A stretch of 64,000 nt of DNA from positions 64,001 to 128,000 of the IMG/VR virus record IMGVR_UViG_3300032304_000977; one strand, 5' to 3'. Source of the stretch: a virus (taxonomy: Duplodnaviria; Heunggongvirae; Uroviricota; Caudoviricetes). Each line of letters opens with the position of its first letter. Positions within the stretch are counted from its first letter, which is position 1. Under the pieces are notes generated by a model, which was given only the letters and a program-made list of their open reading frames with translations, was not told the origin of the DNA and did no database searches. Positions 20,501-30,619 of the stretch are shown here, in pieces. A program made the position numbers and the translations under genes.

Positions 20501-23500
20501 GAAGATTAACTTCGAATGGTATATCAAAATAAACATTCAGCTCTTCTGGTAAAGAGAACCCAATCGTAAAATATTTTTTTCTATTTACATTATATGGACC
20601 ACTACTTCCACTTGTTACACCAAGTGGTCCATTAATGGACGTTGTAGCAAGTGGCTGTGAATCATAGTATGCTTGCTCATTAAACACAATTGTTCTTTGT
20701 GTGTCGAATTCATATGCAAATTTAAATTGCCCAGATCCTGTGCCATCACCATAATAAACAGAATTGTCTTTAGAAGAAGCTACCATCAAATTCGATCCGA
20801 GGTTACTAAATTCTGATGGACCAGACACATATGTTGATGTGTCGCCAACATATGCTGCAGTTACGTATTCTTTATTGTCATATTCATCGTAGTATGCTGG
20901 CTCGGCAACACAGAATAATTCTTGCGAAATACTAAAATCGGCATAATCGTCCCAAGATCTGTATAAACGTCCCGTTCCCCTGTTAATATCGTCTACCATT
21001 TGTACAGATTTTCTTTCAACATATAAACGAACTTCAGCGCCATCTGGAATATCGATAGAATTTACATGTTGTTTAATTGTTGTCGTAGAATTTTCTAAAC
21101 ACAAATATGGGTAATTAGTATATCCCAACTCTTCTTCTGCGCTAACTTTATCAACCTCCAGTTCTAGATTAACCTGATCGCCAGTAGAGAAAATATCACG
21201 CTCCATAACGATGGTGTCGGTGTTCTCATTCACAGATTGGTATAAGTATACTTTATTGTCAACAGTATATGGATATGTTGTTCTTAAGTTTGTATCAGCG
21301 TCTGTTGGAATATTTGGGTCTAAGTTATAATTTAAAGATAAATCTCTATTACCACATGTAATTTTTCTAGCATAGATTGAGAGAGAGGAATCTTCTAACG
21401 ATGATGATGTATAATCAACGCCAGATGTAACATGACCACCTGTTAATGCGCTAATACGATTGATTGTTCCTAATGTCGCTGCAGGTGTGATTGTCCTAAA
21501 CAGTGAATAGTTTACTGCTTCTCTTGTTGTTCCATATGGTATAAGTTTAATGTTATTGGAATCTACAACATAACAATAAAATAATTCTTCATTTTGAACT
21601 CCACCAGCAATATCTGAAATTGTTCCTGTTATTGGATCAGCAACTGTATTATATTTTACGATTTCATATTGTTTGAATCCATGTGATGGAATATTAATTT
21701 GATTTGATGATACTGCTGTTCCTGGATCGAACGAATTTACTTTAATCGTTTTGTCGTATTGCTCAAGTAAAAATGTATCATTAGAACTATATTCGGCAAT
21801 ATAATCACTTCCATCTTCATCTAAAATTTGAGCAGAACGAATATCGAACTGAACTGGCATAAGGTAAATTTTTAAATTTACTTTTGAATTTTTAATGAAT
21901 GTGAATTTATATTCCCATGGTCTTGTGGTATTAATGTCATGACCATGAAGTGTATTTCTTTCTCTAATGTATATGATTGGTCTTGTTTTACCAATATTAT
22001 TTTCACAAAATGGATATAGATCGCTTAATGTATCTTGACCGAATTCATAAACACCAATCTGTTGCAGTTCTGATAAATTTCCAATTTTTTGATCTAGTAT
22101 TTTAATATCATTATGCTTACCAACTAATGTAGTAACTACTGGTGGATTTGTTGAAGATGATCTTTCCGTCAATGAATATGATACAAGTTTATTATAATCG
22201 AGTTCGCTTTCAAATGCAATAACAACACATCCTGGATCTGGTGGTGTTCCTTCTGTGCAATAGTTATATCCTATCCACAATTCTTCATCGTTTAGTGTTA
22301 CAGAGATTCCCTCATCTCTAGCCCAATTTAAAGAAAAGTTTGACTCTGAACCAACTCTCGATAAAATTGGTCTAAACAATCCCTGATTATAGGTATAAGA
22401 AGATCTTGTATAGGTTACAACTTCTGTGTTTGTTCCTGCAGTGTTTTGACTTTCCATCAAAATAGCAAACTCAGCTGAAGAAATTGATCCAGTATTTAAA
22501 TTTTTTGCAGATTCGTCAGCTATTTTTAAGTTTTTTACAGCAATCTCAGAACCAAATGTTCCCATTTCCTGACGGACTTCAAAAGAATCTTCAAATAACA
22601 ATCTATCTTCTGGTTCATTCCAGAAGAATGCAGAATTTTCGCTAACGAGATCTTTGTTAGTTGTTTTAGTAATTCTTGCTGTTGCTGCAATCTCACCAGT
22701 TGCTGGTGTTCCAAAATTAACTGTATCGAATATAGAATAATCATTTCCAACATTTTCTATAATCAAATCCCTTATGGTGCCATTTAAGATACCATCAATT
22801 TTTATATTTTCAGTATTTGAATCACTATCGTATAGGATTGCTGGGTCGCCCTGATTGTATCCTAGTCCTGCATAACTGTTTACTGAATTTATTGTTACCT
22901 CACCAAGCTGCGCATATAATGTAAAGGTAACTGAAACACCTGCATTATTTACTGCATATACGATTGATGATGAGGAGAAATTTAAAACAACATTATCTGC
23001 TGACAGATATAAAATAGAATTAGATGGCTCATAATCGACAACTCTTGCTCTTACTGTTTTGTTTCCATTTAATGGGTCGATCTGATAAATTTCTGATCCA
23101 ACAAGTTGATCGATTGTTCCAGAGGATAGAGTGTTGAGTTTAATCTGGAAGATTTTTTCCCAAACACCAGCATTTAATTTCAAAACATCTACTTTCGGTA
23201 GATATACTTGCACCTCATCTCCATATAAAATTCTAAAGAACGATTTAATCGAATCAATAGAACCTTTGGAATTATAGAACTCTACAATGTTCTTTAAAAC
23301 AAATTTCTTATCGGCTGCTACGACTTGTGGAAAGTCAGGTAAAAACAAACTGTAAAATATAGAAAGAATATCATCGTCAGTTTGTTCATCAATATCGTTA
23401 CTTAAATCCAGATTTCTAATAATGTCTAATGGCTTATCGTTCTGTTCTAGATATTGATAGTATTTCTGCAGAAATGTGATGAATTTAGCATAATCTGAAC

Positions 23501-23561
23501 GTATGAATTCAGGTGCTTGATAATCAACAACTACTGATGGATTTGCTTTTACTGTTGTCAT
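17514..23561 (-). CDS. gp7: Baseplate wedge initiator gp7-like (2015 aa)
   Basis: PEFIRSDYAKFITFLQKYY, FYNSKGS..SIKSFFRILY, and LQDSYYYQDYSYVV...KLVHPAGMAVFG; lies between gp6 and gp8. Confidence 0.85.
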   Translation of the reverse strand: MTTVKANPSVVVDYQAPEFIRSDYAKFITFLQKYYQYLEQNDKPLDIIRNLDLSNDIDEQTDDDILSIFYSLFLPDFPQVVAADKKFVLKNIVEFYNSKGSIDSIKSFFRILYGDEVQVYLPKVDVLKLNAGVWEKIFQIKLNTLSSGTIDQLVGSEIYQIDPLNGNKTVRARVVDYEPSNSILYLSADNVVLNFSSSSIVYAVNNAGVSVTFTLYAQLGEVTINSVNSYAGLGYNQGDPAILYDSDSNTENIKIDGILNGTIRDLIIENVGNDYSIFDTVNFGTPATGEIAATARITKTTNKDLVSENSAFFWNEPEDRLLFEDSFEVRQEMGTFGSEIAVKNLKIADESAKNLNTGSISSAEFAILMESQNTAGTNTEVVTYTRSSYTYNQGLFRPILSRVGSESNFSLNWARDEGISVTLNDEELWIGYNYCTEGTPPDPGCVVIAFESELDYNKLVSYSLTERSSSTNPPVVTTLVGKHNDIKILDQKIGNLSELQQIGVYEFGQDTLSDLYPFCENNIGKTRPIIYIRERNTLHGHDINTTRPWEYKFTFIKNSKVNLKIYLMPVQFDIRSAQILDEDGSDYIAEYSSNDTFLLEQYDKTIKVNSFDPGTAVSSNQINIPSHGFKQYEIVKYNTVADPITGTISDIAGGVQNEELFYCYVVDSNNIKLIPYGTTREAVNYSLFRTITPAATLGTINRISALTGGHVTSGVDYTSSSLEDSSLSIYARKITCGNRDLSLNYNLDPNIPTDADTNLRTTYPYTVDNKVYLYQSVNENTDTIVMERDIFSTGDQVNLELEVDKVSAEEELGYTNYPYLCLENSTTTIKQHVNSIDIPDGAEVRLYVERKSVQMVDDINRGTGRLYRSWDDYADFSISQELFCVAEPAYYDEYDNKEYVTAAYVGDTSTYVSGPSEFSNLGSNLMVASSKDNSVYYGDGTGSGQFKFAYEFDTQRTIVFNEQAYYDSQPLATTSINGPLGVTSGSSGPYNVNRKKYFTIGFSLPEELNVYFDIPFEVNLRNIIDNATTTQSYNTRDTRDYVLMQESVFTDSVYKMEDGTSLALEFNDLGFNTLAQGNQSLFDTRIVIEFYSPSLPANNPKKHLIFYSNFADYTKISSDTQRTIYQFYNAWSPNGYVVPDTTIKDYTVTVRSLYRSDYIIEKISDKQLLTKNPNASTVNNSHISPYVRDVFVRTGMNDYGKYIKFYNTQADALADTSSLVPFSLGSEFGSSISGNELFYNPITSGSSVNSAFNNPINKSLSGCVIDKNISISKYFDPATDVTTGSPGLITINNHGFTDGSWVRVRADFNGTLPTGLTDSVTYYVKSISANTIRLASSKDNYVSNTFVNLTAFATPGKTCSLQTIPQTLSYGSVKEKSFDSRKFIDKVLITSVDITSNIITTAEDHTLQSLNSLVYNTSGDSIGGLINNKEYFLIYVSENQLRLAETKADALIGRSIDLTTSGSGLQYIVVSGASGNLLPITTNKEQFAFTPGNYKHNLRNGDEVTYVDQRTISPGIATGSTLYVKDTKTVEVDSVEGFTLTTNSNGTTSNFGFCSTTSASVATATGIITFPSGHTFYSGEEVVYVATTPIGGLTSEQVYNVIRISSTTIKLATSFENAIAGTHITLTTVGSGTHFFSRTNLDTASELFEVIPNSTNSNLGLLANPGVTGTGIEEFSIVYSPTLLTEVGPIETITVTSPGSYNKIPNITIDTPDRYGSGAEIYSLVSKVGAARSFEILDGGIHNVSRTLLLPTTFASKTTTGTFTDGEIVKVGSTEVGTFMSKRSLYYKIAPNGSATLIDFGDTVTGLVSGATAQVGFNYTVTGITLSTSTTITISEDHYMEYGEQIKIIGMSANNIPDGYYYVSPVSSRSFRIYTNTLLTTAVNTSAVGAWDGNGTVYWGMYRPSVTASPKAITTSTANGSTVNYEGDKQLLNSVMKLQDSYYYQDYSYVVRGANSPENWKSYYNKLVHPAGMAVFGEVDYFVTNNGNEILGTTEVVSNTINSTNTAITTEMTTS
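17555..17562 (-). promoter_or_regulatory. T4-type late promoter (TATAAATA) inside the gp7 3' end, upstream of gp8
   Basis: Exact TATAAATA on the minus strand, about 45 nt upstream of the gp8 start. Confidence 0.55.
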
Positions 23562-25324
23562 TTGATTAATGGTTTTCTAATATCTGGTTCAGCCAAAACA
23601 GAAATATCATTATTTAGAATTGTTACAATTTGATTTCTTACACCAGAAATGTCTTGTGTTGCAGGTTCTGCTTTAATTTTACAATTATCTGTCAATAGAG
23701 AAAACGCAGTTGTTGGAATTTTAATCGTTCCACTTTTATAATCTACTGTTCCGAATGTTGAAGAATCAATAACTTTATCACCATTCACATAATGAAATCT
23801 TCTTATGTTCGAGTCTCCGTCATCTTCTAGGTAGTAAGAAGTTGAATCATTAAATAACCTAAACTCTGTGCTGGTAATTCTTCTAATTGGGTTTACAAAA
23901 TTTATTGTATAATTAACAGCAGTTTCTGTGTTAATATTTAATATTTTGTACAGAGAAATTTCTGTGTTATTATTCAAAATAGATTTGTTTGTATAATCAA
24001 TTTGTCTAGCCAGTTTACTTCTTCTAAAAATAGCATCAAAATTATCTAAGTCAGAATCTCTATAATTTACGATACTAGAGAAAACATTTGCTTCTAGCGT
24101 CTCTTTACCTTGTGTTGTCTTTGATGGGTCGTAGAAAATTTTTGTATCAACAGCAACGTATAGATATTCAGGATCAACGAACTCTGGTGTAATACCAACT
24201 ACATTTTTCTTATTCAATACTCTTGAGAGTTCGTCTTTTAATTGATCCGACAAAACAAGACCATTCGTTGGCTTTGCGCTAATGTATACTTTACCATAAA
24301 TTGGTGGATCATTTACATCACCTCCCCAAGCGGATATTGCATCGATATCTGAATATTCGTTCAATAAAATATTCTTGTAATCTTCAGCAGTTACTGCACG
24401 ATTTTGTGTGGTAAAATATTTTGCAGCATTAAAGCGGATCGATTCTACTGTTTCTTCTGCTCTACCACCAGATGCTTTTTGCACTAATGTTATGGTAGAA
24501 GAAGAAACAGAAAACCCAGCGCCAGTTTGTAATGTAAAAGATGTAGCATTATTTGCTGATGCTGCGCTTGATACTAGATAAGAAATATGAACAATGTTAC
24601 CATTGAGTAATTTTTTACCAATAGTGTCGTCGCCAAATACAAGTTGATAATAACCTTCTCTCGTCATCTCTAAGAAGTATGTTTTGTCGGTTGAAGATAC
24701 TGCAACTATTTCATCAGCAAGAACATATGTATCTCTATTTGCGTTTACTCCACTTGTTTGAACTTCTACTAGCAATGTTGTTGTGTCGATATTTTTGTTT
24801 GGCAATATAAATTTATTTTGATCATTTGAAACAGTATAACGATATGTTAATGGTGTTCCTTCAACGATTGTTACATTTGGAAAATAAAACGTATTGGCAG
24901 AAACAGGAGGAACGATTACGTTTGTTCTGTTGTAGAATGTGTAATCAATACCATCGATTGTTGTAACGAATGCTGTGTTTGATGGTAGTAGTAAGGATTG
25001 TGGATTTCCTGTTGTTGTAACGCTAAGATTAATCTTTGCTATTGGAGAACGAACCGATCTTGGTGTGTAACCAAAATGCTTTGCTAATGAAACTACAGAA
25101 GATCTCTTGGTTGCAGTATCCAAATACATCTCATTGGCGACGAAATTAGCATATATCGCATTGTAGTGTGTATTATATGCAAGGATATCTAATAAAACGG
25201 AAAGAGACGATCCCTCAAAATCATAATCTGTAAATTCTGATTGAGATTGTAAAAATGTTTTTAAATTTGATTTTATTGAATCGAAATCTAGTTCCGTGAC
25301 TCTTAAGTTTGATGTGTTAGCCAT
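23558..25324 (-). CDS. gp6: Baseplate wedge subunit gp6
   Basis: ELDFDSIKSNLKTFL...DYDFEGSSLSVLLDILAYNTHYNA...QNRAVTAEDY motifs. Confidence 0.95.
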   Translation of the reverse strand: MANTSNLRVTELDFDSIKSNLKTFLQSQSEFTDYDFEGSSLSVLLDILAYNTHYNAIYANFVANEMYLDTATKRSSVVSLAKHFGYTPRSVRSPIAKINLSVTTTGNPQSLLLPSNTAFVTTIDGIDYTFYNRTNVIVPPVSANTFYFPNVTIVEGTPLTYRYTVSNDQNKFILPNKNIDTTTLLVEVQTSGVNANRDTYVLADEIVAVSSTDKTYFLEMTREGYYQLVFGDDTIGKKLLNGNIVHISYLVSSAASANNATSFTLQTGAGFSVSSSTITLVQKASGGRAEETVESIRFNAAKYFTTQNRAVTAEDYKNILLNEYSDIDAISAWGGDVNDPPIYGKVYISAKPTNGLVLSDQLKDELSRVLNKKNVVGITPEFVDPEYLYVAVDTKIFYDPSKTTQGKETLEANVFSSIVNYRDSDLDNFDAIFRRSKLARQIDYTNKSILNNNTEISLYKILNINTETAVNYTINFVNPIRRITSTEFRLFNDSTSYYLEDDGDSNIRRFHYVNGDKVIDSSTFGTVDYKSGTIKIPTTAFSLLTDNCKIKAEPATQDISGVRNQIVTILNNDISVLAEPDIRKPLIK

Positions 25325-25726
25325 TTATCGTGTTCTCTCTAAAGCAAAGGTTAAGTCTTCTACAGTTTGAAACCCTACGATATTGTACGTTATGCTTATC
25401 TCGCATGCATTGTTTTCGTCCTGTAAATTCACATTAACATCTAGTAATCTTACTCTTGGTTCATAACTCTCAATCACGTCAATAATACCACGTTTCATAG
25501 AATTTGCTGTAAGTGGTGTTGCTAAATCGAACAACAACGATCTAACAGGAGAACCAATTTCGCTGTGAAATGGTCTCTCATAGTATTGTGTCAATATCAA
25601 ATTTTTTACAGATTGTTTAACAGCTTCTCCGTCCCTTTTTACTGCAATGTCTTTTGTGTTTGGGTGTGATGAGAAGGCGAGATCAAAATCTCTAAAAATT
25701 TGTGTAGTTCTGTTAATTGTAGCCAT
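25325..25726 (-). CDS. gp25: Baseplate wedge subunit gp25
   Basis: AVKQSVKNLILT..YERPFHSEIGS...YEPRV motif. Confidence 0.95.
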   Translation of the reverse strand: MATINRTTQIFRDFDLAFSSHPNTKDIAVKRDGEAVKQSVKNLILTQYYERPFHSEIGSPVRSLLFDLATPLTANSMKRGIIDVIESYEPRVRLLDVNVNLQDENNACEISITYNIVGFQTVEDLTFALERTR

Positions 25727-25744
25727 ATTTGTTATTTATTCGAG

Positions 25745-26128
25745 TTATCCACCACCACCACCAGCATCAGTAATTGATGGCGGTGGTGGAGCACCAGTAT
25801 CGCCTTCAAATGGTTCCACAGTTTCTAATTCCAATGCTTGCGCTGTAATTTCTTGTTGAAGTTCTGTCAATTGATTTGGATCAAGCAAAATAATTTGCTG
25901 AAGGATTGTAAACAAATCCTCAACAACAACTGGTGGGATTACTGTAGCATCTGGAATTTGAGAAACTTTCTGTTTAGCCAAAACTTCAAGGGAAGGAATG
26001 GCTTTCAATTCTGATGGAGAGTTCTTATAATCCGTAAAGATCAAGTCCAATAAAACTTTACCAGAAGATATCGAGTAGTAAGTTTTAAGAAAATCTTTCT
26101 TTAGATCTACTAGTGTTTTAACAGCCAT
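25745..26128 (-). CDS. Hypothetical protein (acidic, Pro/Gly-rich C-terminus)
   Basis: 127-aa ORF tiling between PAAR and gp25. Confidence 0.6.
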   Translation of the reverse strand: MAVKTLVDLKKDFLKTYYSISSGKVLLDLIFTDYKNSPSELKAIPSLEVLAKQKVSQIPDATVIPPVVVEDLFTILQQIILLDPNQLTELQQEITAQALELETVEPFEGDTGAPPPPSITDAGGGGG

Positions 26129-26134
26129 AATATA

Positions 26135-26413
26135 TTATCCGCAATCAACAGTTCCGCTTCCACCAACAAGAACGTCTCCACAAGATACTGGATCGCCTTC
26201 CCTTGCCAATGGCAATCCACCGCAAAACACTGTTGCGCTACCTGCAACAACTACAGGTTGAGCTGCCCCAGAATGTGGTCCTGGTCCATGACCAAAAACC
26301 CTTGTCCCAACAACACCTGGGACTCTAAATTGCACTCTAACTAGGGAGTCTATGTTTGATAACATAACACCACCACCAGCAGTTGTTACTGTAGCTATTG
26401 CAACTCTTGCCAT
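26135..26413 (-). CDS. PAAR-like spike-tip protein (gp5.4-like)
   Basis: 92 aa; HG...H...GSATVF..G.PLAREGDPVSCGD...GS motif; directly after gp5. Confidence 0.85.
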   Translation of the reverse strand: MARVAIATVTTAGGGVMLSNIDSLVRVQFRVPGVVGTRVFGHGPGPHSGAAQPVVVAGSATVFCGGLPLAREGDPVSCGDVLVGGSGTVDCG

Positions 26414-26420
26414 ATGTTCC

Positions 26421-29330
26421 TCACACTAAAAGTGTATGTCCATCGTTAGTTTTTCTATGATTGTTCATAGTAAACGCTACATTTCTATTCTTACCATTTT
26501 GATTATATGATATATGAATCCAAACTGTTTTAGGATCTGTGTATTCCAACAGTAGTTGATCGTGTGGCACTTTTGCTCGAATTTCATTAATCAAGTCAAA
26601 ATGTTTCTTACGATCAAATGCTGTTTTCTTCAACACAATATCAACAGCCATACCTTTTGGATGTTGCGATGTTGCTGATTCCACACCAAGCAAACCTTTT
26701 TGCCTATAACCAGAGGTGATGAGAATATCGCTCTTTGGCACAATCTTAATAATGCTCTCAAGCACATTTTCTGCAAGTGCTTTTAGGTTACATACAATTT
26801 GTGCCTTCGTCAAACCATCTTGATCTTGTAATTTGTGTGGTTTGCTCGCAACACAAATATATCCTGGTCCACCACCTGGAATAAAATCTCCAAGATAGAA
26901 ATTCGCAGACAGTTTGGTGTTGAGAGGAAATTCTGTAAATTCTTTAAACGCATCACAAGTAACGATTTTACCTTGTGGTGGTGGATCTTTTGGCGCAGGT
27001 GAAGTCTCTACAGAATTCGGTCTCGATTCATTTTTAGACATGTCGCCACTATTCTTTCTTTTTGATATAAATTCGCTCGGGTCTCCTTCTTCTGGTGTCT
27101 CAAACACAGAACCACCTGGAAGACCACGTGGTGGTAATGATAGATGATCAAAGAATGCGTTTACAGGTGTTTCTCTATCCGTTGCTTCTTTGAGTGTCAA
27201 CCATGTAATTGGGAATGTCTCAGCAACTTCAGCTGCAAGAGAAATAGGAATCGTTACGGGTGGAACTGTACCGAGACCACCAGAGTTCAAGTTCATTCTT
27301 ATACCACCAGACATACTTAATGTATTTGGTGTGCTTATATCGAATCTTGTCCCTGCTCTCTGCGCAACTTCACCGCCACGGAGATTTAAAACAGATTCTC
27401 CTAAGACGTTTACGTTTGTTCTAGCATAAATGTTTACATCATTAGCAGTAGCAGAAAGGTTAAGAGATCGTTCTGCTCTAACGCTTGTAGATAAAGTGCT
27501 TGTTGTAAACAAGTTACCTGCTGTTGACAAACTCATATTGTTTTCTGCTCTCAGATTAAACGTGTTATTCGATGTCATGTTTATTTTTTCTGCTGTTGAT
27601 AGATAAAAATCTGATCCAACTTCCAAACGACATAGAGTATCAGTTTGAACATTAAACTGTGCGCATTTAATGTTCATATTTTCTTTAACAGTAAGGTCAA
27701 ATTTTCCAGAAACACGCATCGTAACATCATTTTTTACAAGAATATTCGCATCTCCTGTTACCTCAATATTAGCATCACTTCTCATATATAAATTTGTTAC
27801 ACCATCAACTGTGCAATTGTGAGCACCACGAACATATATGTAACCATTTCTATCAATAATTTGATACCCATCACCAATTATTTTATTTACTTGTGTTCCA
27901 TTTGCATCAATTTCTGAGAATGTTCCCTTTTTATGATATGTGTGTATTCTCTCATTATTTGGTGTATTGTCGAACTCTTGAAAATGACCAGCTTCGCTTT
28001 CGTAAACATGATTAAATGGGTACTGCGCATTGTATGGAGATTCTGGCTGATTCCATGTAGCTTGGGTCCAAGATAATGGCACCTTTAATGTTCTTGTTGA
28101 ATCTTTTAGTCCAACAATTGTTTTTGATATTTGTTCATGGCGAGCAAGTCGATTAGTGTCTGGTTCGTTTAAAAAATCTTTTAATGGATATTTTGCAGAA
28201 GGATCTGAGAATCCATACTGTGTGTTTCCAGAAGAACCTGTGCTTGGTGTTCCATCAGGTTTCTCCTCTCCGATTGGAACTGCATCAGGATCCACACCTG
28301 GTGGAACATTTTGTGGTAATGTTTTTGGTTCGTCGCCTTCTAGCGCAGCATAACCGAGTTTATATAAACTTGTTGCTGTATTACCGTAACTATCTTGCGA
28401 TTCTTGACCTTGTTTTAATGCTTGTGCACGAGTAACACCATCTGCGTGAGAAACGTGCAAATATCCAAGAATAACTTTTTTATCAGTTTCGTCTGTAATA
28501 ATTGATAAACGCTTCAGCTCATCGTAATTGAATTTTGTCCATTCTTCCATAATCTTTTCTTGGTTTTCTGCATTTCCAAGAAAACTAATAACACTCGTTA
28601 AACCATCTTTACTCAACCAAACTGTATCATCTGCTAATTTAAAATTAGAAGGTGGATCGGTTTCGCCATTCGCATTCAACACTTTCCCAACATATCCCAA
28701 ATTGTTTAAAGCAATACCAGTAAGTTGATATTTCCCAATTCGACCAAATGCATTTACAACACCATAGTTTTGCTCTCCGATAGTACCTGTTGTTGTAAAG
28801 TTTATTGGTCCATTTGGTTCTGATGTTGTCTCCAATCTAGCGACCACTATTTTATATTTTTCAACATCTTCTTGTGTCAATATACCAAGATATTGATCTG
28901 GCTTATCTGTTGTGTCTGTTTGGTCTGGTGTTGTGCTGTTAGAACCACCTTCGATTACAGATGGTGGAGTTTGAGAACCAACTTCACCATTCTCAGTTTT
29001 TAGTAAATAATCATCTCCATCCTGAATGTAATTTGTTACTACAGTTTTAGATTGTGGAATACCACCAACTGTTCCAAGCATAATTGGTTGTTGTTTCTCA
29101 TCATCTCTAAAAAACACAACAACCCATGTTCCCTCTACTGGTCCAAGAGGTGTTTGTCCGATACCATTCATAGCAGCTGATGTTAGTGGCTGCATTGGAT
29201 ATGCCCATGGCAACATCTCTGTTGGTAAATCTTTTTTATTTTCCGTGTGTAATCCAACAATGCGAACTTGACAACGTCCAAGCATTGTTGGATCAAATCT
29301 ATTTTCGACTACACCAGTATAAAGTATCAT
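26421..29330 (-). CDS. gp5: Baseplate hub/tail spike gp5 with lysozyme-like middle domain and C-terminal peptidase M15-like domain
   Basis: GVVENRFDP..LGRCQVRIVGLH OB-fold; YPFNHVYESEAGH..EFDNTP..ERIH; beta-helix repeats; ITSGYR..SQH..GMAVD..WIHISY at the C-terminus. Confidence 0.92.
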   Translation of the reverse strand: MILYTGVVENRFDPTMLGRCQVRIVGLHTENKKDLPTEMLPWAYPMQPLTSAAMNGIGQTPLGPVEGTWVVVFFRDDEKQQPIMLGTVGGIPQSKTVVTNYIQDGDDYLLKTENGEVGSQTPPSVIEGGSNSTTPDQTDTTDKPDQYLGILTQEDVEKYKIVVARLETTSEPNGPINFTTTGTIGEQNYGVVNAFGRIGKYQLTGIALNNLGYVGKVLNANGETDPPSNFKLADDTVWLSKDGLTSVISFLGNAENQEKIMEEWTKFNYDELKRLSIITDETDKKVILGYLHVSHADGVTRAQALKQGQESQDSYGNTATSLYKLGYAALEGDEPKTLPQNVPPGVDPDAVPIGEEKPDGTPSTGSSGNTQYGFSDPSAKYPLKDFLNEPDTNRLARHEQISKTIVGLKDSTRTLKVPLSWTQATWNQPESPYNAQYPFNHVYESEAGHFQEFDNTPNNERIHTYHKKGTFSEIDANGTQVNKIIGDGYQIIDRNGYIYVRGAHNCTVDGVTNLYMRSDANIEVTGDANILVKNDVTMRVSGKFDLTVKENMNIKCAQFNVQTDTLCRLEVGSDFYLSTAEKINMTSNNTFNLRAENNMSLSTAGNLFTTSTLSTSVRAERSLNLSATANDVNIYARTNVNVLGESVLNLRGGEVAQRAGTRFDISTPNTLSMSGGIRMNLNSGGLGTVPPVTIPISLAAEVAETFPITWLTLKEATDRETPVNAFFDHLSLPPRGLPGGSVFETPEEGDPSEFISKRKNSGDMSKNESRPNSVETSPAPKDPPPQGKIVTCDAFKEFTEFPLNTKLSANFYLGDFIPGGGPGYICVASKPHKLQDQDGLTKAQIVCNLKALAENVLESIIKIVPKSDILITSGYRQKGLLGVESATSQHPKGMAVDIVLKKTAFDRKKHFDLINEIRAKVPHDQLLLEYTDPKTVWIHISYNQNGKNRNVAFTMNNHRKTNDGHTLLV

Positions 29331-30619
29331 TCTGAACCTTCTTTTGTTAAATCAATAATCAAAGAATCTTTGAATAGAGACATATGTATTTGATGCTTTT
29401 CTCTATTTAATTCATGGCAAAGAGAGCCTATAAAATAACGACCAGAAAATGTTTTATCAAGAATGTCTTCCTCTTGATCTTTCTGACTAATTGGAGTTGG
29501 TCTGTAAAAGTAAACGTCAACAACATCACCAACACACAAATCGCTTCGACCAGGAGCAGTAATATCAATATTAAATGCGCTCATCTGTCCCATTTGCATA
29601 ATATTTTTAAGATACCATGTTTTCATTCTATCCGTTTTAAAATTATTAAAAGTTTCTAATGCTCTTGGTTGAACATCTTGAAACGCAGTAACTGTTGATG
29701 CTAATTGGGGCGAAGACAATGGATATGGGTTGAGGTGATTGTGTTTCTCAAATTCTTGTTGATAACCCATCGTTTGAACATTATACGTTTTCGTAACAAT
29801 TTCATGTGTTATTAATTTTGATTTGTAAAGTCCAGATTGTAATCTTTGCATATAGTCAAATGCAGTATTAATACGAACGGATGTTATTCTTTTTAATGAT
29901 TCAGCAATATCACGTGTTGACCCACCACCACCAGAATCGGGATCTCTTGTATTGTTGTCGTATATATACAGCGTTTTTGGATCTTGATGTAACAATGTAT
30001 CTATTGATGCGAAATTGAACCCTCTATTGTTTTCAAAAAATAAAAAATTTGCTGCATCATTTTCCAGTGAAACTGCTCGTTTCGTTAAGAAGTTGATGTT
30101 AGTAAATGGTGTCCAAAAATTTGAGACATATGTAGATGTATTTTTGGTTTTCTCAATTAGTAATGGTTTTTCTGTTCTTAACTCATTGACTAATAACTGT
30201 CTGATAATTTTATCAATATTACCAGCAAACCCTTTACTCAGTTTAAAGTTAAGATCTCTGATAGTTTCAAACGAAACAAAATGTAAAGTGTATCCAACAG
30301 CACGCTCAGCTGTATACTCACGATCTGTCATTTTGTAAATATAAAATTCTTGCTCGTACAAACCATCATTATCGGTCATCGATGGTGTCTTGAATGTTAT
30401 AAGAAGTTTTTCTTCACCAATCATTGGCATCAAATTTACCAAATCTTGGGCATCATTTAATGTGATATTCCCAGACATTGTTGGTGAAAACATGTCTTCG
30501 TAAATATTAATGTCTATTACAAAATTAAAGACATCAAATATGAGTCCTCTTGCTGATGCGATCTTGACATCAATTAATTCATAATCGCCAGCAGATTTTA
30601 GTTTTTCAATTTCAGCCAT
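29327..30619 (-). CDS. Baseplate hub protein (gp27-like)
   Basis: 430 aa; IYEDMFSPTMSG, FLFFENNRGFNFASIDTL, SGRYFIGSLCH; lies between gp53 and gp5. Confidence 0.75.
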   Translation of the reverse strand: MAEIEKLKSAGDYELIDVKIASARGLIFDVFNFVIDINIYEDMFSPTMSGNITLNDAQDLVNLMPMIGEEKLLITFKTPSMTDNDGLYEQEFYIYKMTDREYTAERAVGYTLHFVSFETIRDLNFKLSKGFAGNIDKIIRQLLVNELRTEKPLLIEKTKNTSTYVSNFWTPFTNINFLTKRAVSLENDAANFLFFENNRGFNFASIDTLLHQDPKTLYIYDNNTRDPDSGGGGSTRDIAESLKRITSVRINTAFDYMQRLQSGLYKSKLITHEIVTKTYNVQTMGYQQEFEKHNHLNPYPLSSPQLASTVTAFQDVQPRALETFNNFKTDRMKTWYLKNIMQMGQMSAFNIDITAPGRSDLCVGDVVDVYFYRPTPISQKDQEEDILDKTFSGRYFIGSLCHELNREKHQIHMSLFKDSLIIDLTKEGSE

